A stretch of DNA of 63,053 bases, filler included, from Bonamia ostreae (Eukaryota), in NCBI GenBank assembly GCA_040357525.1. It is 51 parts of 51 records of this genome, joined end to end, with 100 filler letters (N's around TTAATTAATTAA, not from the genome) between each part and the next. Parts side by side here need not be neighbours in the genome. Positions count along the whole stretch, not along the records: positions 26,087 to 27,225 come from JBDODL010002564.1; positions 27,326 to 28,464 come from JBDODL010002565.1; positions 28,565 to 29,703 come from JBDODL010002566.1; positions 29,804 to 30,942 come from JBDODL010002567.1; positions 31,043 to 32,181 come from JBDODL010002568.1; positions 32,282 to 33,419 come from JBDODL010002569.1; positions 33,520 to 34,657 come from JBDODL010002570.1; positions 34,758 to 35,895 come from JBDODL010002571.1; 43 more parts are not named here. One strand, given 5' to 3'. The position numbers and the translations under genes were made by a program. The notes below the pieces were generated by a model. It searched no databases. It worked only from the letters and a program-made list of their open reading frames with translations, and was not told where the DNA came from. Each line of letters begins with the position of its first letter. The stretch's first letter is position 1. Below, in pieces: positions 26,152-38,135 of this stretch.

Positions 26152-27225
26152 ATGTCTGGATCCCAGAAAAACAATAAAACGGTTTCCAAAATCGACGCAG
26201 ATAACGAAACACTCATCCTCTTAAAAAACCAACTTGAAAGTTCGAAACTCAAAGCTAAAGATGTTTCAAAACTTTAAAACACGAAGAAACACGACCGCGC
26301 GAGAGAAGTCTTGATACAGATCGAAAAGGAATTCGAGAACCTCAAATCGCTCAGATTGGAAGTCGCCAAAGACGCCAAAGAAATGAGGAGACTCTCGCGC
26401 GAAGTAGACAAATTCAACCGAAAAGGAATCTGCCCCAAAAAACAAAAGACCGTTTTGAACAAAGAACTCGCCGCAGTCCAAGCCGTCGCCAAGAAGACCA
26501 ACGACTACGTCGTCCCCAGCTACGACAGCTTCTTCCTCAACAGTCTCCTCGGCAAGATCAACCTGCGCGTGCTCAACATGGAAGACAAGCTGAACATGAA
26601 GAACCAGTACCATTCCTTCAAGTCCAAAACCGCCATCGTCTCGATCATCCTTCCTCTGCTCCATCTGGTCTTCAACTTTGGCTGGGCCTACAAACTGGCG
26701 CACCAGCTCTGGATCGTCTACCTGTACACTTCCTTGGCGCTTCGCGAGCACATCCTGTGTCTGAACGGCTCCAAAATACAGTCTTGGTGGATCTACCACC
26801 ACTACATCAGCGCGGTGGTCGCGTTCGTGACCATCACGATTCCACCGCACCTCCAGGAGGAGGGGATCTACTACCAGATCTCCAAGCTGATCGTGCTGCA
26901 GGGCTTGGTCATGTTCATGCAGTACTTGTACCAGTCGAAGCGGCAGTACGCGCGCGTGGCGACCGGGAAGGCGAAGCCGTTCGACGTGGCCTTGTCGGAG
27001 ACGCTCGTGGAGGCGCCGAACCGCAGACGGATTCTGCTGGTGCTGGTGCCGATGCTGATCAGCTGCTACGGCTGCGAGATCTACATGGGCGCGAGCATCA
27101 CCTTGTTCGGGGTTCTGCGCGCGGGGTGGAACATCCAGGTTCTGCTCGTAGGGGTCCTGCTGGTCTCGATGGGCGTCGGGAACGGCTTCACGTTGTTCAG
27201 TGTATTGTACAAGAAAAGGATAAAG
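26152..27225 (+). CDS. TMEM120: TMEM120/TMPIT family membrane protein (protist), 3' end at gap
   Basis: N-terminal coiled coil, LGKINLR, SLALREHILCLNGSKIQSWWIYHHYIS, QYLYQSKRQYARVATGK. A 24-nt stop-containing intron 26263-26286 links the ATG at 26152. Confidence 0.92.
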
Positions 27226-27856
27226 NNNNNNNNNNNNNNNNNNNNNNNNNNNNNNNNNNNNNNNNNNNNTTAATTAATTAANNNNNNNNNNNNNNNNNNN
27301 NNNNNNNNNNNNNNNNNNNNNNNNNAGGAGTAAGCTTCCCCTGTCGTATATGCATGCTTATCGTATATATATGGTTAAATCATACTTAGAAGGGTACATG
27401 TATGTCTGACTGTACAATACTCATCCTTCATCCTGTGATCAAATAATAACAAGTGATTCAATCTCATTAAACGTTTCATCTGTGTTTATGTTGCCATTTA
27501 GTATGTAATTTCTGTGGAAACTCCGTGGCTTATATATTTTCACTCTTTCTACCGAAACCTTTAACAGCCTTATGAACATTACGGACATTCATCATGTTCA
27601 TGGTGTAAAATAAATAAATTCTAAGACGTGTACTTACTATCTGAAATGAACTTTACATTGCTGCTCTTTACCAGTATCTTATAGTTTTGCCCTTCTATCT
27701 CTAACGCTAACGGGAAGATCGTTTGTTGCAACTCATTCGGTTTAACCGCGAATTTCTTCACAATTGGTACGTTAAGAGTAAACCCAANNNNNNNNNNTGG
27801 TGAGAAATCCAACAATGGCACCACTGGTATGCCACTGACTGATCATTTCGCACGAA

Positions 27857-28464
27857 ATGGCAAACAAAGATATGTGCATATCTTTGTGTATAACTTTACT
27901 GCAAGAAAATGCGTTTAGAAATAAATATGTTTTTGAATATAATTAATTACTTCTCTCCTCCAGATTATTTTCTCTTACAAAACATGCGTAGATCATCGAA
28001 TGAAATGGTTAGAGTGAGTGATTATTATGGCATTATCATACCATCATATACATTAGATGATTTTAAAACCCGTTTTCGTCTGTCCAGGAACATGTTTGAA
28101 TCAACATGTTTAAAATTATCTACGACTGATGTCTACAACAATATAAATGCTCCTACTCCATACCTTGAAAAAGAACTCCTGAATGTTCTTGTGGTACAAA
28201 GGTAACCTTGAAAACTTTCGTTCTATGGCTGATAGGTTCATCTAAAGGGAGTTTTCATTCTAGTGATACAAGAGTATTATCTTCCTTGAACAGTATTATG
28301 GCAGAGGTAATTAAATGGCCTACATCTCAGAGAGAACTAAATGAAATCAAAGGTTTGGAGAAAAAGACCAGTTTCAAATTGTTTTGGGTGCGTTGGATGG
28401 CTTTTACATTCCGACCAAATCTCCAAAACACCAGCCACATGCATATTTTCGGATCCCGCTCGCG
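27857..28464 (+). mobile_element. PIF/Harbinger transposase (HARBI1-like) relic (host)
   Basis: DDFKTRFRLSRNMFE, FRSMADRF, VIKWP, VLGALDGFYIP spread over several frameshifts. Confidence 0.8.
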
Positions 28465-28670
28465 NNNNNNNNNNNNNNNNNNNNNNNNNNNNNNNNNNNN
28501 NNNNNNNNTTAATTAATTAANNNNNNNNNNNNNNNNNNNNNNNNNNNNNNNNNNNNNNNNNNNNAATTAAAGAGAAAATAACAAACACAAATTACACAAA
28601 ATTAATCAAAAACAAAAAATCGCAATTGCGAGAAAATTTGGTCATTATTAAACAAATTATAATCGGCAAA

Positions 28671-29703
28671 TTAAAATTCGCAAAATTTGAGCAAACTATT
28701 AAAAAGATGCTGAAACAATCTTTGATTATAAAAACTCTGTTTGTCCAAAGCAGTGACAATCTGTGCTTTTTCTCTATTCTTTCTTTTCGTAGAATTAGCT
28801 AATTCCGCGTTCCGCTTTAAAAGCTCATCTTTTGTCATGTTCTTATCCACAGAAGTTCCGTAGACCGCCTCCTGTCGCTGACGATCCAATTTTTGTTGGA
28901 ACTCTTCACTTTCGTCGAACTTGAAGCCTTTCGAACCGGAAGAACGCACGCTCGGCGTAAACTTTTCTTCTCCGCGTTCGACTTTTCCTTTGAATTCTTC
29001 CGCCATGTCGATTAGTCGCTGTGGAATCCGCGACTGTTTGGAGAGTTTGAGAGCTTTCAGTAAGTCGGGCGCGAAGCGAGATTCTTCTGGAGTAATAAAG
29101 GAGATGGAATAGCCGCGATGACCGGCGCGACCGGTTCTTCCGATGCGATGAATGTAATCTTCGTAATGGTTTGGGACTGTGTAGTTTATTACCTTTTTGA
29201 TTTTCAATTTTTCGAGTTTTAATAAATTTTTTTCGATGATGAAATTTGGAATTTGAGAAAATAAATTTTTTTCGATGATGAAATTAGGAATTTGAAGAAA
29301 CTAAGTTAAGATCTTTGACATCCAATCCACGCGCAGCGATTGAAGTAGCGATGAGAATATTTCTTGTTTTATTCTTGAAATCCAAAATCATTGAATCTCT
29401 GTCGCTTTGGTCCATTCCGCCATGCAAAGTCAAAGAATAATATCCCGCTTTTTGCAAATCGGTGAAAAGTTTATCGACTGCTTCTTGGCGGTCAGTGAAA
29501 ATAAGAATTTGTCCTTTGTAATAATTTTCGCCGAGAATTTTTAGCAAAGCGTGAAATTTTTCAAAGTCTTTTAGGATCTTTATTTTTATTTGAATTATTA
29601 GACAATTTTTGACTATTTTTCGGTAAATTTTAATCGATTTTGCAATTTTGGCTAAATATTAACTGTTTTAAAACTTTGACAGTTTGTACAACAGTGTTGC
29701 TGG
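28671..29703 (-). CDS. PRP5: Spliceosomal DEAD-box helicase Prp5/DDX46, C-terminal exons (protist)
   Basis: LHGGMDQSDRD, ATSIAARGLDVK, VINYTVPNHYEDYIHRIGRTGRAG, GSKGFKFDE. Introns 29578-29674 and 29193-29301. Confidence 0.9.
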
Positions 29704-29847
29704 NNNNNNNNNNNNNNNNNNNNNNNNNNNNNNNNNNNNNNNNNNNNTTAATTAATTAANNNNNNNNNNNNNNNNNNNNNNNNNNNNNNNNNNNNNNNNN
29801 NNNAGATTAACATGAGAACTCACACAGTCAAAACACACACACCTACA

Positions 29848-29941
29848 CACACACGCGCACACACATGACTGGGACATAATATTTACAATTATGTCACACA
29901 CGCGCACACACATGACTGGGACATAATATTTACAATTATGT
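29848..29941. repeat. ~47-bp direct duplication next to a CA microsatellite
   Basis: CACACACGCGCACACACATGACTGGGACATAATATTTACAATTATGT occurs twice in tandem. Confidence 0.9.
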
Positions 29942-30125
29942 AGTTCATTTAGGATATAATCGGTAGTTAGTTAACTTAGAAACTGCGGCGTTTTCATTTA
30001 TATGATGAGTTTCCATGTGTAATTCTCTTCTTTGTCGTGGATAGAGAGATTAGAATGGATTTGACTGCATTAGATAACATGAGAAAGAAACTTTCCATTC
30101 TGTTTAGGAATACTGAGCTTACAGT

Positions 30126-30828
30126 TGTAAATTTCAATGCTGAGGTAGGACTTTGCAGGACATCCAGTNNNNNNNNNNCAAACACACAAAGACCTGGAAA
30201 AAAAAATGTTTTCATTTTCTTTTCATTGTCAGCATTGCAAATGTTTTGTTTGTTTGTTTTACGCTACTTGGAAAACATTTAATTCATGTACCGACATCAT
30301 TTTCTTTAAATATAAGATTGATCACCTTTCATAAAGTACCCCAATGTTTGACCTTAGAATGACGCTTAAGGCTGTAAGTCGTGGCAAAGAAACGGTCATT
30401 ACTTAGACTGAACTTCCCAGCCTTGAGTCACCATCAGACCTTTCGACCAGAGTAAACATAACAATGATGACGAAATATACAGTATGTATATGTATACTTG
30501 TTTCCATGCATTGAATATCACCATTGTGAAAAGATAACACAACAGACAATACACAAAGCTTCGTCAGAAACGTCCAGCGAGAAATCCATGGTAACAATTG
30601 ACTATTCTGAAAAAATGGGCAGGTACTGAAATTACCTTCTTCATGTCTCCCTATGGATCCCTTTAAACAGAACTCGACTAAGTTAGTCTTATCTTCATTG
30701 GGGGCACACTGGTAAAGGTTTCTACCGAGTGTGTCATTAGGACATTTCAATTTGACACCAGCCGCCAACCACGAATCCGCATCCTCAGGACATGACTTTA
30801 CGGGATACAACTCCACTGGCATGTCTCC
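30126..30828 (-). CDS. Exons of a Cys-rich bivalve-type extracellular protein (host)
   Basis: VKSCPEDADSW..LKCP..YQCAPNEDKTNLVEFC then GCPAKSYLSIEIY; canonical CAG acceptor and GTAATT/GTAAGC donors. Confidence 0.6.
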
Positions 30829-31042
30829 TGAATTGCATCACTGTAATTAATAGATATCGTAGAATGAAAGAATTATATTGTAGTTAGAATGATTGTACTT
30901 GCGAATACAATTGCTTATTATTATGCGTTGGTGTAAAAATTTNNNNNNNNNNNNNNNNNNNNNNNNNNNNNNNNNNNNNNNNNNNNTTAATTAATTAANN
31001 NNNNNNNNNNNNNNNNNNNNNNNNNNNNNNNNNNNNNNNNNN

Positions 31043-31632
31043 ATCCATGCTACGTTAGGAATGTTAGAACCAGTCTCTTCATACATATCTTTCTTGATAG
31101 TTGGAGATGTTTGGTAAATACTAACTTCTTTAGTTAAAGCTTTTTTCTTACCCTCAGTACCTTTTTGGAACTCAGAACCAACAACGATAACCAAAAGATT
31201 ACTTGTTGCAACTGTCCAAGCAGCAGCAGCATCATTCTTTGCAGTAAAAGTGTTAGCTGTCACTGCACTAACAATACCATATTCTATTTTACCACCTGTC
31301 TTATCTGATACCATGATATAATCGTTTTCACGAATAGCATGTCCATTGTAGGTAAATACATTTGCACTATTTTTAGCTACACCTGTATGTACTTTTCTTA
31401 ATCTACCATCTTCTGACCAGAAAGTAGTATCTGCACCTAACTCTTGCTCCATAGCAAATGTCTCTAGGAACCCTGTTAGATTTTGATTTCCCCATATTTT
31501 TATTAATTCGTGCTTTAGGTCTGGGAAAAATTGATCCGCGAATTTATATTCGTTTTTATAGTTACCTGTGGTAGCTTTAATACCATGATTAGGATCAAAA
31601 ATTCGACCATCAGCAATAGCTGCTAATGCCAT
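31043..31632 (-). CDS. Phage major capsid protein, crAss-like/Flavobacteria-phage type (N-terminal part)
   Basis: FADQFFPDL..IWGNQNLTGFL..ELGADTTFWSEDGRL and VVGSEFQKGT resemble crAss-like MCP motifs; intronless; 17-bp A-rich spacer without Shine-Dalgarno, as in Bacteroidota. Confidence 0.75.
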
Positions 31633-31649
31633 AGTTTTAAATTTTTAGA

Positions 31650-32181
31650 TTAAACATTTCTTATTCCTAGGGAACCAGAATGCTTTTTAATGCTATCTAG
31701 AAAATTTTGTCTGGCTGTTTCTACTTTATCAGGGTCAGTGTTTTTTGTTGTCTCTTGATCACCAGTATTAGCTTTCTTTTTCATCTGTTCTTCTATCACA
31801 GCAGCTTGTACATGTTTTCCATGTGCTGCTAACAAATCGTTATTAAGAACTTGTTCTCCTGCTACGATAGTTCTAGCTAATCTTTTCTGATCTAATAAAC
31901 CATTATCGTCTTTATATCTATTAAGAAAATTCTCAATAGTACCTAATGATTTTTTGTAACCCTCTACATCTTTAACAGAGTAATTAAACTCGCCAAATTC
32001 TAATTTTTCTGGAATTGCATCAGAGATTCCTTCTTCCCAAAACGTCTTACCTTTTTCTGCTTGAGCTTGCATTTCTTGCATCTTAGCTTCAAGTGGTGTA
32101 AGGTATTTCTGTTTGTTCTCCTCATGAAATTTGCGTGATTTTGCAACCAGCTCTTTCCATTCAATCTCCCTCATTCTAATC
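31650..32181 (-). CDS. Phage gene immediately upstream of MCP (scaffold/structural-like), 5' truncated
   Basis: Co-oriented and tightly spaced with the MCP; helical and charged; NFLNRYKDDNG motif. Confidence 0.6.
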
Positions 32182-33519
32182 NNNNNNNNNNNNNNNNNNN
32201 NNNNNNNNNNNNNNNNNNNNNNNNNTTAATTAATTAANNNNNNNNNNNNNNNNNNNNNNNNNNNNNNNNNNNNNNNNNNNNTTTTGGTGATAAAATAACA
32301 AAGATACGGAACAATATCCGGTTCTAGTAAGTATACAACCATAGTTGTGCTCCTAATTTTGAAATTTAACACGTTTGTTTACGCCGGACTTTGATACTTA
32401 TTTGTGACCACCATACTCTGCTTAAACTTATTGTTATTTCTACATATTTTAGGACAATCTTTTTAGGGATTTGTGAATCAAGCTCTTTGGTATAAAATGT
32501 ATCAAAGAGCACCCAACGTAATGGCATGTGGTATTTGCAAATTAGAGCATTCTCACGACCGTAGAATTTGCAAAATACTGATGTTAAACGAGTGCATTGA
32601 ATTCCCTGTAACATTGATTTAATCATGAGGAACCGGCGTCAGTTATATTATTTTGCATCGACAGAGGTTGTCACAGGAAAATATGATCCAACACAAATTG
32701 CTAAACATAACAACAATCGAACTTTTTTTTATAAAATAGAGGCAAGCAGTTTAAAAGAGATTCACATGATCATGAAATATAATACATGACATGAAAGAAA
32801 AGGTAAATGTCTTCACTTTTTTGCGGTTGGCAGAATTTCTAAAATGAAAGACAGGAAAGACAAAGTAAAGTTCTCTGGGTCAATGGATGGTAACAAAACA
32901 GACCCTTTATTTGCGGAGATGATGGGGAAACTGAAGTATTTCTTGAAAAATACTATTTAAGAACATGAGGGCTGTCACTGTTAAAAATAACGGATTAAGT
33001 TGTAGTCAGTTCTTACCTAACCATGTACAACGGTAGATAGCTACATGCAACTACATAACATTGATACGTATAAAGTATAAATTAGATGCATATGAACTGA
33101 AATTCAAAGCTCTTTTTAATTTTAATGAAAGAGGTCAGTGTGCTGTGCACAAGATGGGACAATGTAAGTTTTTAAATTACATATCATGGAACATTCACAA
33201 AGTTATGTGTAAAGACAGATTTGTCCATGAACTATTCATTGGTTCAATTACAATTTGAAACTTTTACAAAGACCAATTGGCACTGCTGTTTTTTAACCGC
33301 TTAATTTTTTAACGGCCGTTGTATTTCAACTTAATCTAATTTTGAAAGTTTTGAAAGATATTTTCAATTTTCAATTGATTTTCAATTCCTCTATTCATTA
33401 TTTTTGACTAGGAATATGTNNNNNNNNNNNNNNNNNNNNNNNNNNNNNNNNNNNNNNNNNNNNTTAATTAATTAANNNNNNNNNNNNNNNNNNNNNNNNN
33501 NNNNNNNNNNNNNNNNNNN

Positions 33520-34657
33520 TACACAATTTCTTTTTCCGCTAGTATATCTTGCTAATTGACTTTAGGACTATTTGAAGTTAATTATCCACTGTAAACCGAA
33601 TTCTCAACCGTGGAGACGATGCTGGAAATTCTAAGTGAAACACACTTGCGAGGAATTTGTTTTTCTGGTGATGGAAGATCTCCTTTGGGCAACATATAGT
33701 TTTAAACTCCCGTAGGACACAACTTTTCCTATCTGTAATAGCTCAGCACCGATTGCAGTATTCGATGTTTTGTATACAAAATAAACTTATCAGTTGAGAT
33801 TGGTAATATTAATAAGGGGTGGTTTAAAGGGCATTATTTAGAAACTCATAGGCCTTTTACTGTTCAGATCCCCATTTAATTGGTTTCTTGCCTGAAGGAT
33901 GGTTAAGAACTTTACTAAGGCTGGATATCCTTTAACTAAGTTTCTAGTATAGTTCACAAGTCTGAAAAACTAATTAACCTCCTACGTATTTGCTGTTGTC
34001 TTCCATCTCTTCACCACAAATAGCATTCTATAGGTTTGAATATTATTCCGTTCTGATGGAAACGTTCACACACGGCCTTTGTGTAGCTCATATGATCGTA
34101 AAACAATCAGCACAATTTGCTAATTCTGTTCGCACAACATTGCACGTACATACTTATATGGAACGCCGCATAAACCAAAAGTCAAGTGGGTGAATTGGTA
34201 TAAGCCATACTTCGTTATAAAGGCCGTCTTTTTGAATGGTCATTTTTCTTCACTGGAGCTTCGCCAGTAAGCAATATTGTCTTTAAGCATAGAGAAGTTA
34301 TGAGATTGATCATTGTTCGNNNNNNNNNNTTTCATTAATTTTCCACAAGCATATCTTAGCATTCCGCCATCAGTGGCAGAGGTTTGGCATTCACTTTCCG
34401 GTAATCTATCACACACCTTACCTTTCCATTCGTATGAGTAATGAAGCCCACTCGACAGCCAGCATACGCGACAGCTGTACTTTTTCTTCAACGACAAACT
34501 ATAATGATGTCTTCCGCATACGCTTGTACAGTGTTAATAGACTATTCTACCTCTTTGAACGTTCAAATTCATTCTATGAGACAATATCTGTAAATTCAAA
34601 CAATACGGCTTCAATTTCATTTTCTCATCTACAGTGAATTCTGAAATGAGGTTATTA
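33520..34657 (-). mobile_element. Ty3/Gypsy LTR retrotransposon pol relic (RT-RNase H), host
   Basis: GKVRCVIDYRKVN, KTAFITKYGLYQF..FGLC, KWGSEQ*KAYEFLK, DKFILYT..SNTAIGAELLQ; many stops and frameshifts. Confidence 0.85.
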
Positions 34658-34810
34658 NNNNNNNNNNNNNNNNNNNNNNNNNNNNNNNNNNNNNNNNNNN
34701 NTTAATTAATTAANNNNNNNNNNNNNNNNNNNNNNNNNNNNNNNNNNNNNNNNNNNNAAATCCATTTTTTGGTCTTTTTTCAAATCCATTTTTTTGTCTT
34801 TTTTTTGAAT

Positions 34811-35895
34811 TCAATTTTTTTTATTTTCTAAACCTGACGAAGCGTTTTCTGTTGTGTATTCCGAATCAGAGTATTCCGTGTACTCGCTGTAATACTCCGA
34901 ATATTCGTACTCGCTTTCGTCGGATTCGGTTTCAGACTTTTCGTTTTTCGTGACCGGTTTTTCCAAGATTTTCGCATCCGAAGCTTCCACTTCGACTGTT
35001 TTTGCGGCGGACTGCGCGATGGGCTTCGAAGAAGTTTTTTTCTGTTGCTCGAGTTGCCGCTCCAATTCTTCTCGTTTTTTGCGTTCTTCTTCGAACATTT
35101 TCTCGAGAGCTGCGATTCTTTCGTTTTCCGATTCTGTCGCTTTTTTTGGAGGCTCTTTTTTCTGAGGCGCTTTTTTAGTGTTTTCTGATTCGAGATTCAG
35201 TTTCGCCGGTTTTTTCGGTTTAGAGGGTTTGAGGTTGGTTTTTTTAATGGGAATTTCAGATAAATTGGTATTGTTTTCGACATTCTTCTTTAGTGGTATA
35301 ACTTCGTCTGGATTTTTGAAGGTGTAGAAAGTTCTTCTTTCGAGTAGTTCAGTCTCTTCTTTGAAGCCACTGATGTAGCCGTGCTTCAATAGGTTTTGTC
35401 CCATCTCCATGGCCTGTTTTTTCTTGACTTTTTTGACGGACGAGATTTCTTGAATCAAATCTTTGGTCAAAAAGCAGTCCATGTACTCCTTCCCCAGATG
35501 GATTCGGGAAATCATTATGAGACCTTCGTCTTTTCTGATCGCTTCAACCAATTCTTTCGCGTCGTTTTCATCCAAATTCTTAAAAGTTTTAATACAAAAA
35601 TAATTACAAATATGACATTACAACAAAAGAATATATAGAAAAAGTATAAAATTAAAAGCTACAACAAATCCGAAAATGAACCAATGGCTTATTGTCACGA
35701 TGTTTGTCCCTATGTCTTTGCTTAGAATTTTTGTCATTGCGATGTTTTTCTGATGGTTTTTTACTTTTTTTCTCCTTTTTAACGCTTTTGTCTTTTTTAC
35801 TACTTTTATCTTTTTTACTGCTTTTATCATGTCGACTACTTTTATCCTTTTTACTGCTTTTGTCATGTCGACTATTTTTATCTTTTTTACTGCTT
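34811..35895 (-). CDS. DEP-domain protein with K/D/S-rich repeats and a coiled coil (protist, partial)
   Basis: HLGKEYMDCFLTKDLI..QAMEMGQNLLKHGYI..FYTF is a DEP pattern; upstream SSKKDK-repeat exon joins via intron 35579-35681. Confidence 0.8.
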
Positions 35896-35995
35896 NNNNN
35901 NNNNNNNNNNNNNNNNNNNNNNNNNNNNNNNNNNNNNNNTTAATTAATTAANNNNNNNNNNNNNNNNNNNNNNNNNNNNNNNNNNNNNNNNNNNN

Positions 35996-37108
35996 TTTCG
36001 TCGATTGACTCTATTTTTGTCTTTTCGTTGTCTTCGTCTTTAAAATAAATTTTTCGATTTTTGAAAGACAAATCGTCTTCTTAGCATCCTTGGCCGACGC
36101 AGTCGGCGTTTTTGTCGTTCAATGTGATTTGGTATTTAATCGGTTGTTCCGTTTCGATCACCGCTTTGTTCAGGCATTCGAGCAAACTGTTCTGCGCGCT
36201 CAATTCTTTTTTTATCGGTCGATTGCAAAACTTAAAAACCGTTTCGGACCATTACTCCTTCAAACTTGTACAAACTGACGCCATTAAGCTCGACGCAAAT
36301 GTCGTAAATCCCGGAAACGCTGGCAACCCACTCGAACTCCCTCTCGACGTCATCTCCGCTCTTTTCGATGTCCTCCGCCTCTTCACCTCTTTTCCTGACT
36401 TCGCAGCGGAGTTGGTCGTTGGAAGGAATTCGGTTGCCTTCGCGGTCTTTGTGCACTAATTTGATCTTCTGTCGCGTGTTCGGGAGACAGCTTTTGAACT
36501 CGCCGTGCAGCTCCCACAACGGCTTCTTCTCGAACACGACGGTGACGCCGTTGCTGCAAACCGCTTTTCCGTCCAAAGTCGCGTTGATCTCGTAAACACC
36601 GGCCGTGTCTGTGGCGAAGGAGCAAATGTGCGTTCCTTTATCGTCTTTCTGCGGATCGATTGAGATTTTCGTTTCCGGTTTGCGGTCTTCGTCTTTGCTG
36701 GAACGATGCTCCAATTTGTCGAAGGCGAGATTTAAGGAGGAGGTATAGGCCGAAGGAAGCGGTGTTTTGGAGCGGGTGAGCATATTGAGGTGGAATTTGA
36801 GGTGTGTTATCTCTTCGAAGGCTTTGTCTTCGTTGTCTGCTCTTTTCAAAGTCGAGTTTTCTGGACATGGCACTTTTAACCGGAAATAAAAATTTTTAAT
36901 CAAAATTTTTGACTGAAATTTTAAGTTTAAAGTTGGAAAATTGGAAAACCGAATTGAACGTTGTATTCTTTGTCCAACAACAAAGCGTTTTCTTTGCTCC
37001 GAATCGTCACTTTATATTTCCCGGGAACGCGTGGAATCCATTGAACTGTAAATTCGCCATCGTCCCCCATTATCTCCACCTTTTCCTCCTTCATTGGCGC
37101 ATTTATTA
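35996..37108 (-). CDS. Filamin/Ig-like repeat protein (protist, partial)
   Basis: DNGDDGEFTVQWIPRVPGKYKVTI, KDDKGTHICSFATDTAGVYEINATLDG, SAQNS..YQITLNDKN. Introns 36873-36949 and 36206-36239. Confidence 0.75.
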
Positions 37109-37458
37109 AGCTTTCTTTTTCTGTTTTTTCTGANNNNNNNNNNNNNNNNNNNNNNNNNNNNNNNNNNNNNNNNNNNNTTAATTAATTAANNNNNNNNNNN
37201 NNNNNNNNNNNNNNNNNNNNNNNNNNNNNNNNNTATTGTGGTTTAATTTGTGTTGTGAATTGTAAACAGTTTATTATTTTTATTCCTTTTAAGGTTATTG
37301 AATGTTTTGTTTTTGATTGGGTGAGTTTTTTAATATATATATATTGTTTTTTTATTTTTTGATTTATTTTTTTTTTAATTTTTTGTTTTGTTTTTTTTTT
37401 TTTTATTTATTTATATGTGACTATTTTTTTTGTTTTTTGTCAAATTAATTTCAAAATT

Positions 37459-38135
37459 TTATTTTTTTTCGGGATAAATTTTTATTTTTGACAAGTTTTT
37501 GTTTCTGAAAAAATATGTTTTAAACTGACCTTTATTATCGACAATTTTTCTTTTCAATATTTTTTTCGTAATTTCATTTTTGACACCATTTTTATTTACA
37601 GCTTGTTTTTTCTGCTCCGCTTTTTTCTTTTTATCATCATTTTTGTTTTCACCACTTTTCATGAACAGAATTTTGTAGCCATTTGGAAATATAAATCTCG
37701 AAGTGTGCCATTTGTTGTTATCAAAAACGATTTTGCCGATTGAAAGAATTTTGAAGTTTTTTCCGATTTTTATCGGAAATTTTTTCTTTTTCTTCCGGAA
37801 AACGTCGTTATCGCTCGACAAATCAACCAAATCGATTATTTGCGCTTGGTTGTCAGAACCTTTCTTTTTCACATTTTTGTTCTTTTTCGGGACAGGTCCG
37901 GAAGGAGGACGAATGTTTTCCAAAGAAAACGCCATTTTTGGCTTTGAAAAAACGTCTGAAACGACCAGTTCGAGACGAGAGACTATTTTGCTGTCTTTCG
38001 GAAGTTTTTCGTTTATTTTCTTGAACAGATTTAAAAAAGTTTTATCAGAACGCATTTTTTCCCAGTTTCCAAAACCGTGTTTCAAAATTGCTTTTATTAA
38101 TTCAATATCGCTTATTCCGTTTTTCCATTCCTGGG
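37459..38135 (-). CDS. CHD-type chromatin remodeller C-terminal region (SLIDE-like) followed by an FYRN domain
   Basis: W...DIELIKAILKHGFGNWEKMRSD (CHD SLIDE pattern) then KILSIGKIV....WHTSRFIFPNGYK (FYRN). Confidence 0.7.

Noticed and set aside
26152-26310. Stop-codon reassignment suggested by in-frame TAA/TAG in TMEM120 and NIP7
   Set aside because: These stops lie within or across short GT-AG introns, and eRF3 ends on TAA exactly at its conserved C-terminus.
31043-32181. Phage genes integrated in a eukaryotic chromosome, or RT next to a tail fibre forming a DGR
   Set aside because: Each phage fragment fills its own contig, adjacency is artificial, and the RT fragments are LINE/Gypsy type on unrelated contigs.
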